Below, one piece after another: positions 28,540 to 38,011 of a stretch of 64,000 nt of DNA. This DNA is from Planctomycetota bacterium (GTDB lineage: Bacteria; Planctomycetota; Brocadiia; JAADGH01). The notes below the pieces were generated by a model. That model did no database searches. It had not been told where the DNA came from and saw only the letters and a list, made by a program, of their open reading frames with translations. The position numbers were made by a program, and so were the translations under genes. The stretch spans positions 128,001-192,000 of the forward strand of contig JBFMAD010000004.1 in assembly GCA_040755855.1 (NCBI GenBank), given 5' to 3'. Positions within the stretch are counted from its first letter, which is position 1. Every line of letters begins with the position of its first letter.

Positions 28540-31500
28540 ATGCGCCGACTGATGATTCTGGTGATGTTCCTGATCTCCGCTCCCCTCGCCCTTGCCCTCG
28601 ACTTCGACGACGCCGATATGGAAAAGCCGGACCTCGGGCCGTGGAAGGTCTACAACAAACCGATGATGGTGGAGAAGAGCGACTTCGCCCGCAACGGACT
28701 CCGCTCGCTCCATGTCGTCACCGACACCAAAAGCGAACTGGGCAGAGATCACGAGGGCGTCTCGCGATACCTCGGCGAGTTCCAGCCCGGCGACCTCGTC
28801 ACCGTCTCCTTCTGGTACTGGGTCAAGGGCGGGCGCAATATCATCGCGGCGCTGGGGCCGACGTTTTTCCAGTCCTCTCAGACCATGACCGGCACCGACT
28901 GGACGCGGGCCGAGGTCACGCTCCGCGTCACCAAGCCGGGTCGGCACAACATCTGGATCAGCCAGGCTGACGATCCCGCCGAGTTCTTCCTCGACGATTT
29001 TTCCATCGAGGTCACCCGCCGCCCGCAACTCGGCACGGCAGCCGAAGGGCGGCGCGTTTCGATTACCGGCGGCGCGCTCCGACTGACCCTGTGCAAGGAG
29101 ACTGGCGCCCTCTGTGGGATCGAGAACCTGACGACCGGCGAGACCTACGCACCCCTCGGCCAGCGCCAGCCGCTCTTTGGCATGGAACTCCTGTCGAAGG
29201 ACGGTCTGGGATACGAACGCATCTCATTCGAGAATGTGAAACTCGTCGGCTTCGATGTCCCCGGCCCGAAGCTGGCGAAGATGAATTTTGAGATGAAGGA
29301 CCTGCCGATCCACGTGACGATCGAGATTCAGATGAACGACGACGGCTCGGCCCACTTCACGGGACAGGTGAAGAACGACTCCGACCGCCGCGTCCTATCC
29401 CTTGAAATGCCCGCGATTTACGACGTATCCCCCGCGAAGGACCCGAAGAACCTCACCCTCGTTGATCCTCACGTCTGCGGCCGCATCGTCCCCGACGCCG
29501 CCAAGTCCCAGGGCTGCCAGACCACCTACCCCGGACGCGGCGTCATGGGATGGATGGACCTCTCCGGCGAGCGCGGGGGCATATACCTCGCCACGCACGA
29601 CCAATACCAAACCGGCACGCGCCTCATGGCTCTGCCGACAGCCGAGGCGCGGTTCGACATGTCGCTCGTCCGCGAGATTGTTGTCCGCCCCGGCGAGACC
29701 TGGCTCGCGCCGCTCTCCGTCCTGGCCGTGCACGAGGGCGATTGGCACGCGGCCGCCGACCGATACCGCGCCTGGGCGCGAAGCTGGATGCAGAAGCCCG
29801 ATGTGCCGCAGTGGCTGCACGAGGCCAACGGATGGGTCCTCATGGGCATACAAAACAACGTCCCCTTCCACCGCATCCCCGACACCTTCCGCCAGGCGCA
29901 GTGGATGGGAATCGAGTACCTGCATGTCCAGGGCGAGGGCATTGACAACATGTGGTTCGACGAAAAGGGCGAGCGCCAGGGCCACACCATGACCTATCTC
30001 TACCCCACCCCGAAGTACGGGACGGTGGATGAACTGAAGTCCGCGATCAAGAAGATCCACGATAACGATGGTCACGTCATGTTCTATTTCCTCTACGAGC
30101 GCTGGACGCCGAGCCACGAGACCGAAGACAACTTCGGCACGGGCAAACGCGCCGACGTGCCGGAGAAGTACTGGCCTCCGAAGGGCTTTTACGCCGGCAG
30201 CGCCCTCGTCGAGTCGCCCGGCCAGAAGGTCCCGACGGAGAATCCATTCATGGCTATCCGCAACATGTGCCTCGCCTCGCCGGGGTGGCAGGAGTGGATG
30301 CGGCGGTGGGCGGTGGACGTCTACGCAAAGGAGTACGGCGCGGATGGCTTCTACTGGGACGTCATGGGCCGCACCGGGCCCTTCCGGTGCTTCAACGCGA
30401 ACCACGAACACGAGGGCGAGAACCAGTGGGGGCGCGGCAGCGCGACCGTCCTCGAAACGGTGATCCGCGAGGGGCGGCAGGTGAACCCCGATTACTCCTG
30501 CGCCATCGAGGGCTGCTCCGACCACCTCGGCCGGTGGGTCGGCTACCACCTCATGTCCGGCGCGACGAAGGAGCCGAACGTCTTCCGCTACACCTTCCCC
30601 GAATACCTCTGCGTGGACGGCCTGTCGAACCACTACTGGAAGTGGACGCAGACGGAGAAGGCGCGGCGCGTTTTTCTCGACGGCGAGAAATTCGACATCC
30701 ACGGCTACCAGCAGCAGATCAAGCAGATCATAGACCTCCGCCGCCAGGTCAAGCCGTTCATTGATTGGCCGGCGGTCTTCCGCGACACGGTCGGCCTGAC
30801 CGTCTCCGACCCGCGCGTGCAGGCGCGGTGCTTCGTCAGGACGGATGGCGAGAACCGCCTCATGGCCGTCACGATGATGAACGAGGAGCATGTCGAGGGC
30901 GCGACGGTCGAGGTTGATCTGTCGCCCATCGGCAAGGCGACGCGGGGGCACATCTTCCATCTCGACGGCCGCGTGTCGTTCCTCGATGCGACCACCGAGG
31001 GCAAGGTAACGGTCCCCGCGCCGAAGGACGATGTGTCGTGCGCGGTCATCTGCGGCGGCGTGTCGCCGGAGCTGCGCGTCCACGCCTGGATAGAGCAGGT
31101 AATGGAACCGGGGAGGGACGGCGTGGTGCTCAGCTTTTACCAGCCACACTTGCCCGCCAAGGATCTGTCCTGGAAGATCGAGTGGCCGGAGGGATTCGCC
31201 CCGAAGGAGGTCCCCATGCCAAGTGAGTCGTTCGGCTGGGATAATGTCGTGTTTGTGGACAACGACCATCTCAAGACGCTGAAGCGCTGGACGAAGGTGA
31301 AGGCGCACCTGACCTGGGAGGGCGGGAAGAAGACGGTGTGGACCGTGATCGCCCCGCCGATGGTGAACGGCAATATGGAGGAGGTCGAGGACGGACGATT
31401 GGTCTATTGGGGCCTGCCGCCGTGCACGGACGACCCCGCCGAGGGCAAGCAGTGCATCCGCATTGACCGAACGCTCACCGAGCACGGCCACGTCGCGCAG

Positions 31501-31794
31501 CTTGCGCCCCTGAAGCCAAACACAAAGTATCGCTTCACATGCCACATCAAGCGGACGTGCGAGACGTGGGCGGGTGCGCACATCGTGGAGTATGAGGTCG
31601 GCCAGCAGCGCGAGGCCAAGTTCGTCCGGTCGGCGAAGCTGGACAGCGCGAAGGTGGGGGAGTGGGAGAAGCTGGAGACGACCTTCACCTCCCACCCGAA
31701 CCCCCGCAACACGGCGGTGTACCTCTACAACGGGGACAAGGAAAAGCCGGCGTTTTTTGATGGGATCGTCATTGAGGAGGCGCGGAAGGACTGA
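28540..31794 (+). CDS. Secreted putative glycoside hydrolase (DUF6259-like TIM barrel) with terminal CBM-like domains
   Basis: AAGGAGG RBS, signal peptide, GDWHAAADRYRAW..PDVP.W, YGADGFYWD, EG..D; CBM4/9-like FFLDDF and FFDGI ends. Confidence 0.7.
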   Translation: MRRLMILVMFLISAPLALALDFDDADMEKPDLGPWKVYNKPMMVEKSDFARNGLRSLHVVTDTKSELGRDHEGVSRYLGEFQPGDLVTVSFWYWVKGGRNIIAALGPTFFQSSQTMTGTDWTRAEVTLRVTKPGRHNIWISQADDPAEFFLDDFSIEVTRRPQLGTAAEGRRVSITGGALRLTLCKETGALCGIENLTTGETYAPLGQRQPLFGMELLSKDGLGYERISFENVKLVGFDVPGPKLAKMNFEMKDLPIHVTIEIQMNDDGSAHFTGQVKNDSDRRVLSLEMPAIYDVSPAKDPKNLTLVDPHVCGRIVPDAAKSQGCQTTYPGRGVMGWMDLSGERGGIYLATHDQYQTGTRLMALPTAEARFDMSLVREIVVRPGETWLAPLSVLAVHEGDWHAAADRYRAWARSWMQKPDVPQWLHEANGWVLMGIQNNVPFHRIPDTFRQAQWMGIEYLHVQGEGIDNMWFDEKGERQGHTMTYLYPTPKYGTVDELKSAIKKIHDNDGHVMFYFLYERWTPSHETEDNFGTGKRADVPEKYWPPKGFYAGSALVESPGQKVPTENPFMAIRNMCLASPGWQEWMRRWAVDVYAKEYGADGFYWDVMGRTGPFRCFNANHEHEGENQWGRGSATVLETVIREGRQVNPDYSCAIEGCSDHLGRWVGYHLMSGATKEPNVFRYTFPEYLCVDGLSNHYWKWTQTEKARRVFLDGEKFDIHGYQQQIKQIIDLRRQVKPFIDWPAVFRDTVGLTVSDPRVQARCFVRTDGENRLMAVTMMNEEHVEGATVEVDLSPIGKATRGHIFHLDGRVSFLDATTEGKVTVPAPKDDVSCAVICGGVSPELRVHAWIEQVMEPGRDGVVLSFYQPHLPAKDLSWKIEWPEGFAPKEVPMPSESFGWDNVVFVDNDHLKTLKRWTKVKAHLTWEGGKKTVWTVIAPPMVNGNMEEVEDGRLVYWGLPPCTDDPAEGKQCIRIDRTLTEHGHVAQLAPLKPNTKYRFTCHIKRTCETWAGAHIVEYEVGQQREAKFVRSAKLDSAKVGEWEKLETTFTSHPNPRNTAVYLYNGDKEKPAFFDGIVIEEARKD

Positions 31795-31880
31795 ATGTCC
31801 CGCGCCGAGTCTTGAATGACGAAGAGGAAGAAATCAAAGTCAAGAGTCAAGACAAGGGCGTGTTCCTCAAATGGAATTGG

Positions 31881-31958
31881 GTAGGGGCGGCCCCATGTGG
31901 CCGCCCCTATATCGGCAAATATCCAGCGTCAGGGGCGGGCACGCGGGCCCGCCCCTAC
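31881..31958. repeat. REP doublet (REPIN-like) between convergent genes
   Basis: GTAGGGGCGGCCCCATGTGGCCGCCCCT ... AGGGGCGGGCACGCGGGCCCGCCCCTAC: two inverted GTAG-footed palindromes. Confidence 0.8.
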
Positions 31959-32032
31959 AGAATCGGGCTTGGACAACACGCTCTCAACTCGTTTCATGCG
32001 CGAGGTAATCTCTGCCCCGCGCCGTTGGCCTC

Positions 32033-33238
32033 TCATTCCACGCCCAGATACCGCAGCAGGGCCAGGGAGAGAACCTTCACCCCCGTCGGCAGGGCGTGCT
32101 CGTCAATGTCGAATCGGCTGTGGTGGAGGGGCTGGCACTTGCCCGTCTTCGCGTCGGCCACGCCGAGCTTGAGGTGGAACCCCGGTCGGTCCTGAATGAA
32201 CAACGTGAAGTCCTCCGCCGTCATGGGGCAGTGCGCCACCTCGATGGTATTGCGCTTGCCCAGGATGTCGTGGGCCGCCTGGCGGACGAGGGCAGTCAGC
32301 TCCTTATCGTTGATGACGGGCGGGATGCCGAGGGTCCATTTGATCTCGCTGCCCATGTCGTAGGCGATGCAGATGTTGCTGATGGTCTCGTCAATCCGCT
32401 CCTTCATCAGCGCGCGCGTCTGGGGCGTCAGCGTGCGGAGCGTGCCGATGGCCGTCACGCGCTCGGCCAGGATGGCGCGGGAGATGCCGCCCTTGACGAT
32501 GCCAAAGTGCAGCGTTGTGTTCTCGCCGGGGGGCAGGTTGCGCGGGATGATGTGATAGAGCGACACAATGCACTGCGACATGGCCAGGATCGCGTCGCGC
32601 CCCAGGTGCGGCGTGCCGGCGTGCGCCCCCTCGCCATAGACATGGAACGTGATCGAATCGGCCCCGGCCATAGCCGGCCCCTCGGCGACGCCCACGGTTC
32701 CCGCCTTGAACTCCGGCCAGCAGTGCAGGCTGAAGACGGCCTCGGGGCTGGGCTTCTTGAGCGCGCCGTCTGCGATCATCGCCGCCGCGCCGCTGCGGCC
32801 CTCCAGCCCGATCTCCTCCCCCGGCTGGAAGATGAGGACCACGGTTCCCGCGATCAAATCCTGCATTTCGGCCAGCGCCTCGGCCACGCCGCAGGCGACC
32901 GTCACGTGGGCATCGTGCCCGCAGGCGTGGGCCACATTGGAAACGCTGGACTTGTAGTCCACGTCCTTCCCGTCCTGGATGCCGATGGCGTCCATGTCTG
33001 CCCGCAGCGCCACACACTTGCCTCGCTTCGCGCCTTTGAGGACGGCGACGACCCCCGTCTCCCCCACGCCGGTGCGCACCTTCAGGCCCAGCTTCTCCAT
33101 GTGCCTCGCCACGATGTCCGCCGTTCGCTTCTCGTGGAAGCGCATCTCGGGGTGTCTGTGGACATCGCGCCGCAGGGCCGTCAGCTTCTTCGCCATCGCC
33201 TCGGCCGAAGATGTGATCCGCTCAATCAGTTCGCTCAT
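32033..33238 (-). CDS. M20D family amidohydrolase
   Basis: RRDVHRHPE, ALRADMDA, HACGHDAH, FQPGEE, AEDF, LHHSRFDIDE. Confidence 0.93.
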   Translation of the reverse strand: MSELIERITSSAEAMAKKLTALRRDVHRHPEMRFHEKRTADIVARHMEKLGLKVRTGVGETGVVAVLKGAKRGKCVALRADMDAIGIQDGKDVDYKSSVSNVAHACGHDAHVTVACGVAEALAEMQDLIAGTVVLIFQPGEEIGLEGRSGAAAMIADGALKKPSPEAVFSLHCWPEFKAGTVGVAEGPAMAGADSITFHVYGEGAHAGTPHLGRDAILAMSQCIVSLYHIIPRNLPPGENTTLHFGIVKGGISRAILAERVTAIGTLRTLTPQTRALMKERIDETISNICIAYDMGSEIKWTLGIPPVINDKELTALVRQAAHDILGKRNTIEVAHCPMTAEDFTLFIQDRPGFHLKLGVADAKTGKCQPLHHSRFDIDEHALPTGVKVLSLALLRYLGVE

Positions 33239-33269
33239 GCTCAGCCTTTCCGTCCAAAACGCACCTTCG

Positions 33270-34385
33270 TTAGATCTGAATGGGATAGGTCCCTTCTTTG
33301 TGGGCGACGTCGAGCATCGCCATGTAGTTGTCGTACCTCGTAGAGATAATCAGGCTGTGGCTGCTGCCCAGGATGAACCCGCCGCCCGGGGCGCAGTGCT
33401 TGACCGAGAAGCGCGCCTCGCGGCGGACGTCGTCCGGCGTGCCCGTGCTGAGCGTGTGGGTCAGCACGCCGCCCCAGAGCGTCAGCCGGTCGCCATAGGT
33501 CCTCTTGTATTCATCGAGGGGTTCGCCCTCTTGTATGGCCTGGTAGCAGTCCACACCGGCCTCAACCATCTGGTCGAGGATGAGTTTCAGGTTTCCACAG
33601 GAATGAAAGAGCACCGGGCTGCCGGCGGCCTTGATCTGCTCGCACTGCGCCTTCAGGGCCGGGAAGAAGACCTTGCGGAACGTGGCGGGCGAGACGAACG
33701 GCCCGCCCGTATGCCCGAAGTCCTCACCGCAGCAGAAGGCGTCGGCGCCCCGGTCCAGCGCGAGCTTCACGCGCTCGCCGAAGTTCTGAACGGATTTCAG
33801 TTTGCCTTCGGCCACCCCGTCGGGGTCCTCGGCGATGCGGATCATCCGCTCGGTGATCCCCAGCGCGCAGGGGTAGCCCACCGTCGGCGCGCCGCCGGCG
33901 TTGCGGGCGAAGATGTAGTGCGTCTCGCCCAACTGCTCGACGACGTAGTCGAAGAGCTCCCACTCCGACCCGTCGGGCGGGGGCTGCTCGATGGCGTTGG
34001 GCGCCTTCGAGCCGCGCTCCATGAGCATCATGTCCTGCGTCGCCTCGGAGTAGCGGAGGACGTTGCCAAATTGGTCTTTGTAGGTGTTCTCGTCAATCTG
34101 TTTTGGCTTTTCGAAGACGGCGTTTCGCGCGGGGACCATCTGGACAGGGACCATGTCTGTGTTTGTCTTGCGAATGAACTCGACGAGGTCCTTCTTCTGG
34201 CTCTCGACCACCTCGTCGCGTCGGCCATCCCAGAGGGCCTTGATCTCCTTGGTCTTTCCGCGGTAGAAGGTCTCGCGTCCGAGGACGGCCTCGATGATCT
34301 TGTAGTCGGTGGCGAACTCGCCGACCGGCACGCGGTCCGGTTCCTGGTGGTTCAGGGCCGCCTTGACTCGTTCTTTGGGTGTCAT
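33270..34385 (-). CDS. Uroporphyrinogen decarboxylase (UroD/MtaA-like) family protein
   Basis: MTPKERVKAALNHQEPDRVP, EDFG, FHSCG, LTLWGGV, GGGFILGSSH. Confidence 0.88.
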   Translation of the reverse strand: MTPKERVKAALNHQEPDRVPVGEFATDYKIIEAVLGRETFYRGKTKEIKALWDGRRDEVVESQKKDLVEFIRKTNTDMVPVQMVPARNAVFEKPKQIDENTYKDQFGNVLRYSEATQDMMLMERGSKAPNAIEQPPPDGSEWELFDYVVEQLGETHYIFARNAGGAPTVGYPCALGITERMIRIAEDPDGVAEGKLKSVQNFGERVKLALDRGADAFCCGEDFGHTGGPFVSPATFRKVFFPALKAQCEQIKAAGSPVLFHSCGNLKLILDQMVEAGVDCYQAIQEGEPLDEYKRTYGDRLTLWGGVLTHTLSTGTPDDVRREARFSVKHCAPGGGFILGSSHSLIISTRYDNYMAMLDVAHKEGTYPIQI

Positions 34386-34484
34386 CACTCTCTCCTGCGC
34401 GAAGGCTCGATGCCGGAATAAGACGGCATGGATTATATGCCCCACGCACGCCGTCGGCAAGGAAATTTCGACGATTGGCGTCTC

Positions 34485-34516
34485 AACCTCCCGGAGGTTC
34501 CGACCTCCGGGAGGTT
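34485..34516. repeat. Perfect 14-bp-stem nested palindrome
   Basis: AACCTCCCGGAGGT-TCCG-ACCTCCGGGAGGTT. Confidence 0.85.
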
Positions 34517-34535
34517 AAGTGTAGAGGAAAATGGA

Positions 34536-34566
34536 TTGACTTGGGGCGGCGTCGGGATGCTATAAT
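34536..34566 (+). promoter_or_regulatory. Extended -10 promoter of STAS-rnpA-yidD operon
   Basis: TGcTATAAT at 34558-34566, with TTGACT 19 bp upstream of the -10 hexamer. Confidence 0.55.
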
Positions 34567-34604
34567 CCCTCAACGGAGCAACCAATCGGCGAGAGGAGAG
34601 GGCG

Positions 34605-34958
34605 ATGCTCGAATACGAAGAGACGCAGGACGGCGAGATCACGGTCGTGTCCCTGTGCGGCGTGCTCGACATGCACAGGGCCGATGAGTTCAAGGAACAG
34701 ATTCGGCGCTGGGTAAAGGCGGGACGCCTGAAGCTCCTCTTGGACCTGAGCGCGCTCGACTACATCTGCAGCGCGGGCATCGCGGCGCTGATCACGTGGA
34801 CGCAGCGCATCCGCGAGCGCGGCGGGCGGATGTGCGTCTGCTGCCCACGAGGGCAGGTCAAGGAGACCTTCCGCATCCTCCGGCTGAACGGGCCGTCGCC
34901 CGTGGTGCGCATCTTTCCCTCCCGGGAAGATGCCCTCAAGGAACTGAAGGCGCCATGA
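34605..34958 (+). CDS. STAS-domain anti-sigma factor antagonist
   Basis: VVSLCGVLD, LLLDLSALDYICSAGIAAL, IFPSREDAL. Confidence 0.88.
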   Translation: MLEYEETQDGEITVVSLCGVLDMHRADEFKEQIRRWVKAGRLKLLLDLSALDYICSAGIAALITWTQRIRERGGRMCVCCPRGQVKETFRILRLNGPSPVVRIFPSREDALKELKAP

Positions 34959-35338
34959 CCCCCCCGGCAGCGGGACAATTCACCTTCTCGAAACGGGACC
35001 GCCTGAAAAACAATGTTGAGTTCCGCAAGGTCTTCGACAACGGCGTCCGACTGCGCGGCAAACGGCTGACGATCTACGCACTGGAGAACGGCCTGCCTAA
35101 CAGCCGCCTGGGCCTGGCGGTGGGGAAGAAGGTCGGGAATGCGGCGAGACGAAACCGGATCCGCCGCGTCCTGCGCGAGGCGTTTCGCCTGAACCGTGCG
35201 ATCCTGCCTCGCGGGTTCGACCTGGTCATCACGCCGGGGAGGGACCTGGGCGAGGCGTCTCTCTCGGCGGTGCAGCCGGACGTAGTCCATCTATTCGAGA
35301 AACTGACCCTGCGCGAAAAGCCATGCGGTTCATCCTGA
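34955..35338 (+). CDS. rnpA: Ribonuclease P protein component
   Basis: [43 protein letters not shown] (RNR motif). Confidence 0.95.
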   Translation: MTPPAAGQFTFSKRDRLKNNVEFRKVFDNGVRLRGKRLTIYALENGLPNSRLGLAVGKKVGNAARRNRIRRVLREAFRLNRAILPRGFDLVITPGRDLGEASLSAVQPDVVHLFEKLTLREKPCGSS

Positions 35339-35532
35339 TCCAACTGATCCGGGGGTATCAGCGGTTCCTGTCGCCCCTTCTGCCGCGGTCATGCCGCTAC
35401 ACGCCGACGTGCTCGGAGTATTTCATCCAGGCCCTGCAGAAGAAGGGCCTTATCCGGGGATTCCTCCTCGGGACCTGGCGCATCCTCCGCTGCCATCCCC
35501 TGGCGAAGGGCGGATACGATCCGGTGGAGTAG
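35323..35532 (+). CDS. yidD: Membrane protein insertion efficiency factor
   Basis: YQRFLSP...[10 protein letters not shown]...RILRCHP..GGYDPV. Confidence 0.96.
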   Translation: MRFILIQLIRGYQRFLSPLLPRSCRYTPTCSEYFIQALQKKGLIRGFLLGTWRILRCHPLAKGGYDPVE

Positions 35533-35534
35533 CC

Positions 35535-36887
35535 ATGAACAAGTCCTATTGTCCACCCAAAGCCTTTGACCGCTTCATCCAGATCCCCGGACCGAACCCT
35601 ATTCTCACCACCGGCGGACCGGGCGCATGGGACGAGCACTGGGTGGAATGCTGTGAGGTGTTCAAGGACGAGGAGACCTACTATCTCTACTATCACGGCA
35701 CAGCGAGGGACAAGAAGAAATGGCCGCGCGGGGGATACCGGATCGGTGTGGCAACGGCCCCGCACCCGCTGGGACCATGGAGGAAGTCCGAGCGGAATCC
35801 CATCCTCGACCTCGGCCCGGAAGGGAGCTGGGAGGAGTGGAGCGTAGCCTGCGCATTCGTCCTAAAGGAAGGCGCAGACAAGTATTACATGTGGTATTCC
35901 GGGATGCCCGAACGCAAGCCGGGAACGCCGTCCGCTCCCAGCCCCTGGAGCATCGGTCTCGCCACCGCCCCCTCTCCCCTCGGCCCGTGGACGAGGCACC
36001 AAAAGAACCCGATTTTCGACAAATTCGGCTACGTGGGCGGGGTCGTCAAACACGAAGGCAAGTATTTCCTCTACACGGAACACCCCATCGGCGCAACAGG
36101 ACCCGACTACGGTCCGATCTCCCTGGCAACCAGCAGGTCGCCAGAGGGACCGTGGACCGCCTACGAGGGCAACCCCATCCTCGGGCCGAGCGACTGGGGG
36201 GCGTGGGATGACGGCGGCTACTCCGAGGCCAAGGTCAGTTACTGCGATGGGTTCTTCCACATGTTCTACGGCGGCGCCAAACTCCACCCCACCCGCATTC
36301 AAACCCTGGAGAGCATCGGCTACGCCTGGAGCCGGGATGGGTATCATTTCAACCGCCATCCCGGAAACCCGGTGGCGCTCCGAGAGAGAAACCCCGATGC
36401 CTCGGCCTTCGCCGAAGTGCACCACCATTTTGAGCTGCCGCTCATCTACCTGTTCCACACGCTGCGTTACGCCTCACGCCCGGCCGTCGAGGACATTGGC
36501 GTCCAAGTCCTCGCAATAGCTCGCCCCTTCTGCGTCACTATGCCCGTGCTCGCCGTTGAGTCCATCCCCCCTGCCGGGCGTACGGACATGGGGCTATGTC
36601 CCCCAATCAGCGCCGAGCACGTCTCGCAGGCGGCGCTCTCCGCCGAGTGCGCGTATGATCGCTCCGCCGGTGCCGGTCTAAGGATCCACATCCGGTCGAG
36701 TTGCGACGGACTTCGTTACGACACGGAGGACATCCTCACACTCGACCATCCTGTGCGAGCCGGGGAGAGCGTGCGAAAGACGTGGGAGATCGGCGTCCCA
36801 TGCCGATTCATCAAAGCCATCGCCGAAAACATGGACGGCGGACATCCCATCACAACCGTCCGCCTTGCTGTTACACTCAAGGGCTGA
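35535..36887 (+). CDS. Five-bladed beta-propeller glycosidase-like protein (GH43/GH130-like fold)
   Basis: Repeated NPIL..G..G.WD/E, YYLYY/YYMWY, IGLATA..PLGPW.R/K blades. Confidence 0.72.
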   Translation: MNKSYCPPKAFDRFIQIPGPNPILTTGGPGAWDEHWVECCEVFKDEETYYLYYHGTARDKKKWPRGGYRIGVATAPHPLGPWRKSERNPILDLGPEGSWEEWSVACAFVLKEGADKYYMWYSGMPERKPGTPSAPSPWSIGLATAPSPLGPWTRHQKNPIFDKFGYVGGVVKHEGKYFLYTEHPIGATGPDYGPISLATSRSPEGPWTAYEGNPILGPSDWGAWDDGGYSEAKVSYCDGFFHMFYGGAKLHPTRIQTLESIGYAWSRDGYHFNRHPGNPVALRERNPDASAFAEVHHHFELPLIYLFHTLRYASRPAVEDIGVQVLAIARPFCVTMPVLAVESIPPAGRTDMGLCPPISAEHVSQAALSAECAYDRSAGAGLRIHIRSSCDGLRYDTEDILTLDHPVRAGESVRKTWEIGVPCRFIKAIAENMDGGHPITTVRLAVTLKG

Positions 36888-36961
36888 ACGATCGAAGAGT
36901 TCCAGGCGAGTCCCGAGGACACCGATACCCAACTATTTACTACAAAGTATGTCTATCACGG

Positions 36962-37873
36962 TTACGGTCGCTCGGTCTCGGGGCTGGCGGGCTTTGGGCA
37001 AGCCCTCACGCACCGGAAGCCCACGAAACCGTGGGTGTCTGCGCCGAAGCAGACGTCCGTGTAGCCGGGGTCCTCATCCAGCCGATAGGATGACCGGCAC
37101 TGCTGCGGACGCGACCCCCAGCTCCCGCCGCGGAGGACGCGATGCTGGCCCGAGGTCGGGCCGGTCGGATTTTCCGCCGGGCTTTCCTGGTAGTAGTCTT
37201 CCTTGTAGAAGTCGTTGCACCACTCCCACACGTTGCCGTAGATATCGTGCAGCCCCCAGGGGTTGGGGCGCTTCTGCCCCACGGGGCGCGGCTGCGTGTG
37301 GCAGTTCTCGGTGTACCAGGCATACTCCTTCAGGTCCGAGAAACTGTCGCCGAAGAAGTATCGGGTCTGCGCGCCTGCGCGGGCGGCGTACTCCCATTCA
37401 GCCTCCGTGGGCAGGCGGTATCCGCTCGCGGAGAAATCGCAGTTCCACGTCTTCAGGTCATAGGCGGGCTGAAACCCCTCGGCGCGCGACCGCGCATTGC
37501 AGTAGGCGACGGCCTGCGCCCACCGGATCTGCTCGACGGGGCCTTTCTCTTGCTTCCATCGGGAGGGGTTCTCCTTCATCACGCGCTCGTATTCTTCTTG
37601 AGTCACCTCGAAGCGGTCGATGCAAAATGGACCGACATACACCTTGTGCACGGTCTCGTCGGCCTGGTCCTTTTCGCTGCTCCCCATCGTGAACCATCCG
37701 CCGGGGAGGAGGACCATCTCGACGCCGGAGGTTGTCTTGACGACCTTCGGCGCATCATCCTTTCCCCTGGGCGGGGCCTTCTCGCTGCAGGAAAGCAATG
37801 CCCCGATCATGCCCGCGCAGAAAAGGAATTGGGGTCCGAAAAGTCCTTTGACCATTTTCACTACCTTGAACAC
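36962..37873 (-). CDS. Formylglycine-generating enzyme (SUMF1/FGE-sulfatase) family protein, probable lipoprotein
   Basis: FTMGS, YRLPTEAEWEYAARAG, NPWGLHDIYGNVWEW, RVLRGGSW, GFRCVR; AGGAGG RBS before GTG 37873. Confidence 0.88.
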   Translation of the reverse strand: MFKVVKMVKGLFGPQFLFCAGMIGALLSCSEKAPPRGKDDAPKVVKTTSGVEMVLLPGGWFTMGSSEKDQADETVHKVYVGPFCIDRFEVTQEEYERVMKENPSRWKQEKGPVEQIRWAQAVAYCNARSRAEGFQPAYDLKTWNCDFSASGYRLPTEAEWEYAARAGAQTRYFFGDSFSDLKEYAWYTENCHTQPRPVGQKRPNPWGLHDIYGNVWEWCNDFYKEDYYQESPAENPTGPTSGQHRVLRGGSWGSRPQQCRSSYRLDEDPGYTDVCFGADTHGFVGFRCVRACPKPASPETERP

Positions 37874-38011
37874 GATCGGGAGTCCTCCTATGCTGGAGCG
37901 GCTTACCCTATGCACCCCCAAACAAGTTTGGGGGTGGCACACAGGGCCATCCCTGTGATTGAAGGCCCGCGGTGACAGGCGCCTGCCCCTACCATGGTAT
38001 CTGCCGCGCCG

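Noticed and set aside
29395..31695. Long antisense ORFs (766 aa here; also 47657-49732, 55391-57673, 58871-61465)
   Set aside because: Expected stop-poor shadow frames of GC-rich genes; no motifs or RBS.
36962..37873. Calling this a catalytic sulfatase-maturing FGE
   Set aside because: It has RGGSW without the paired catalytic Cys motif of true FGE, and no sulfatase lies nearby.
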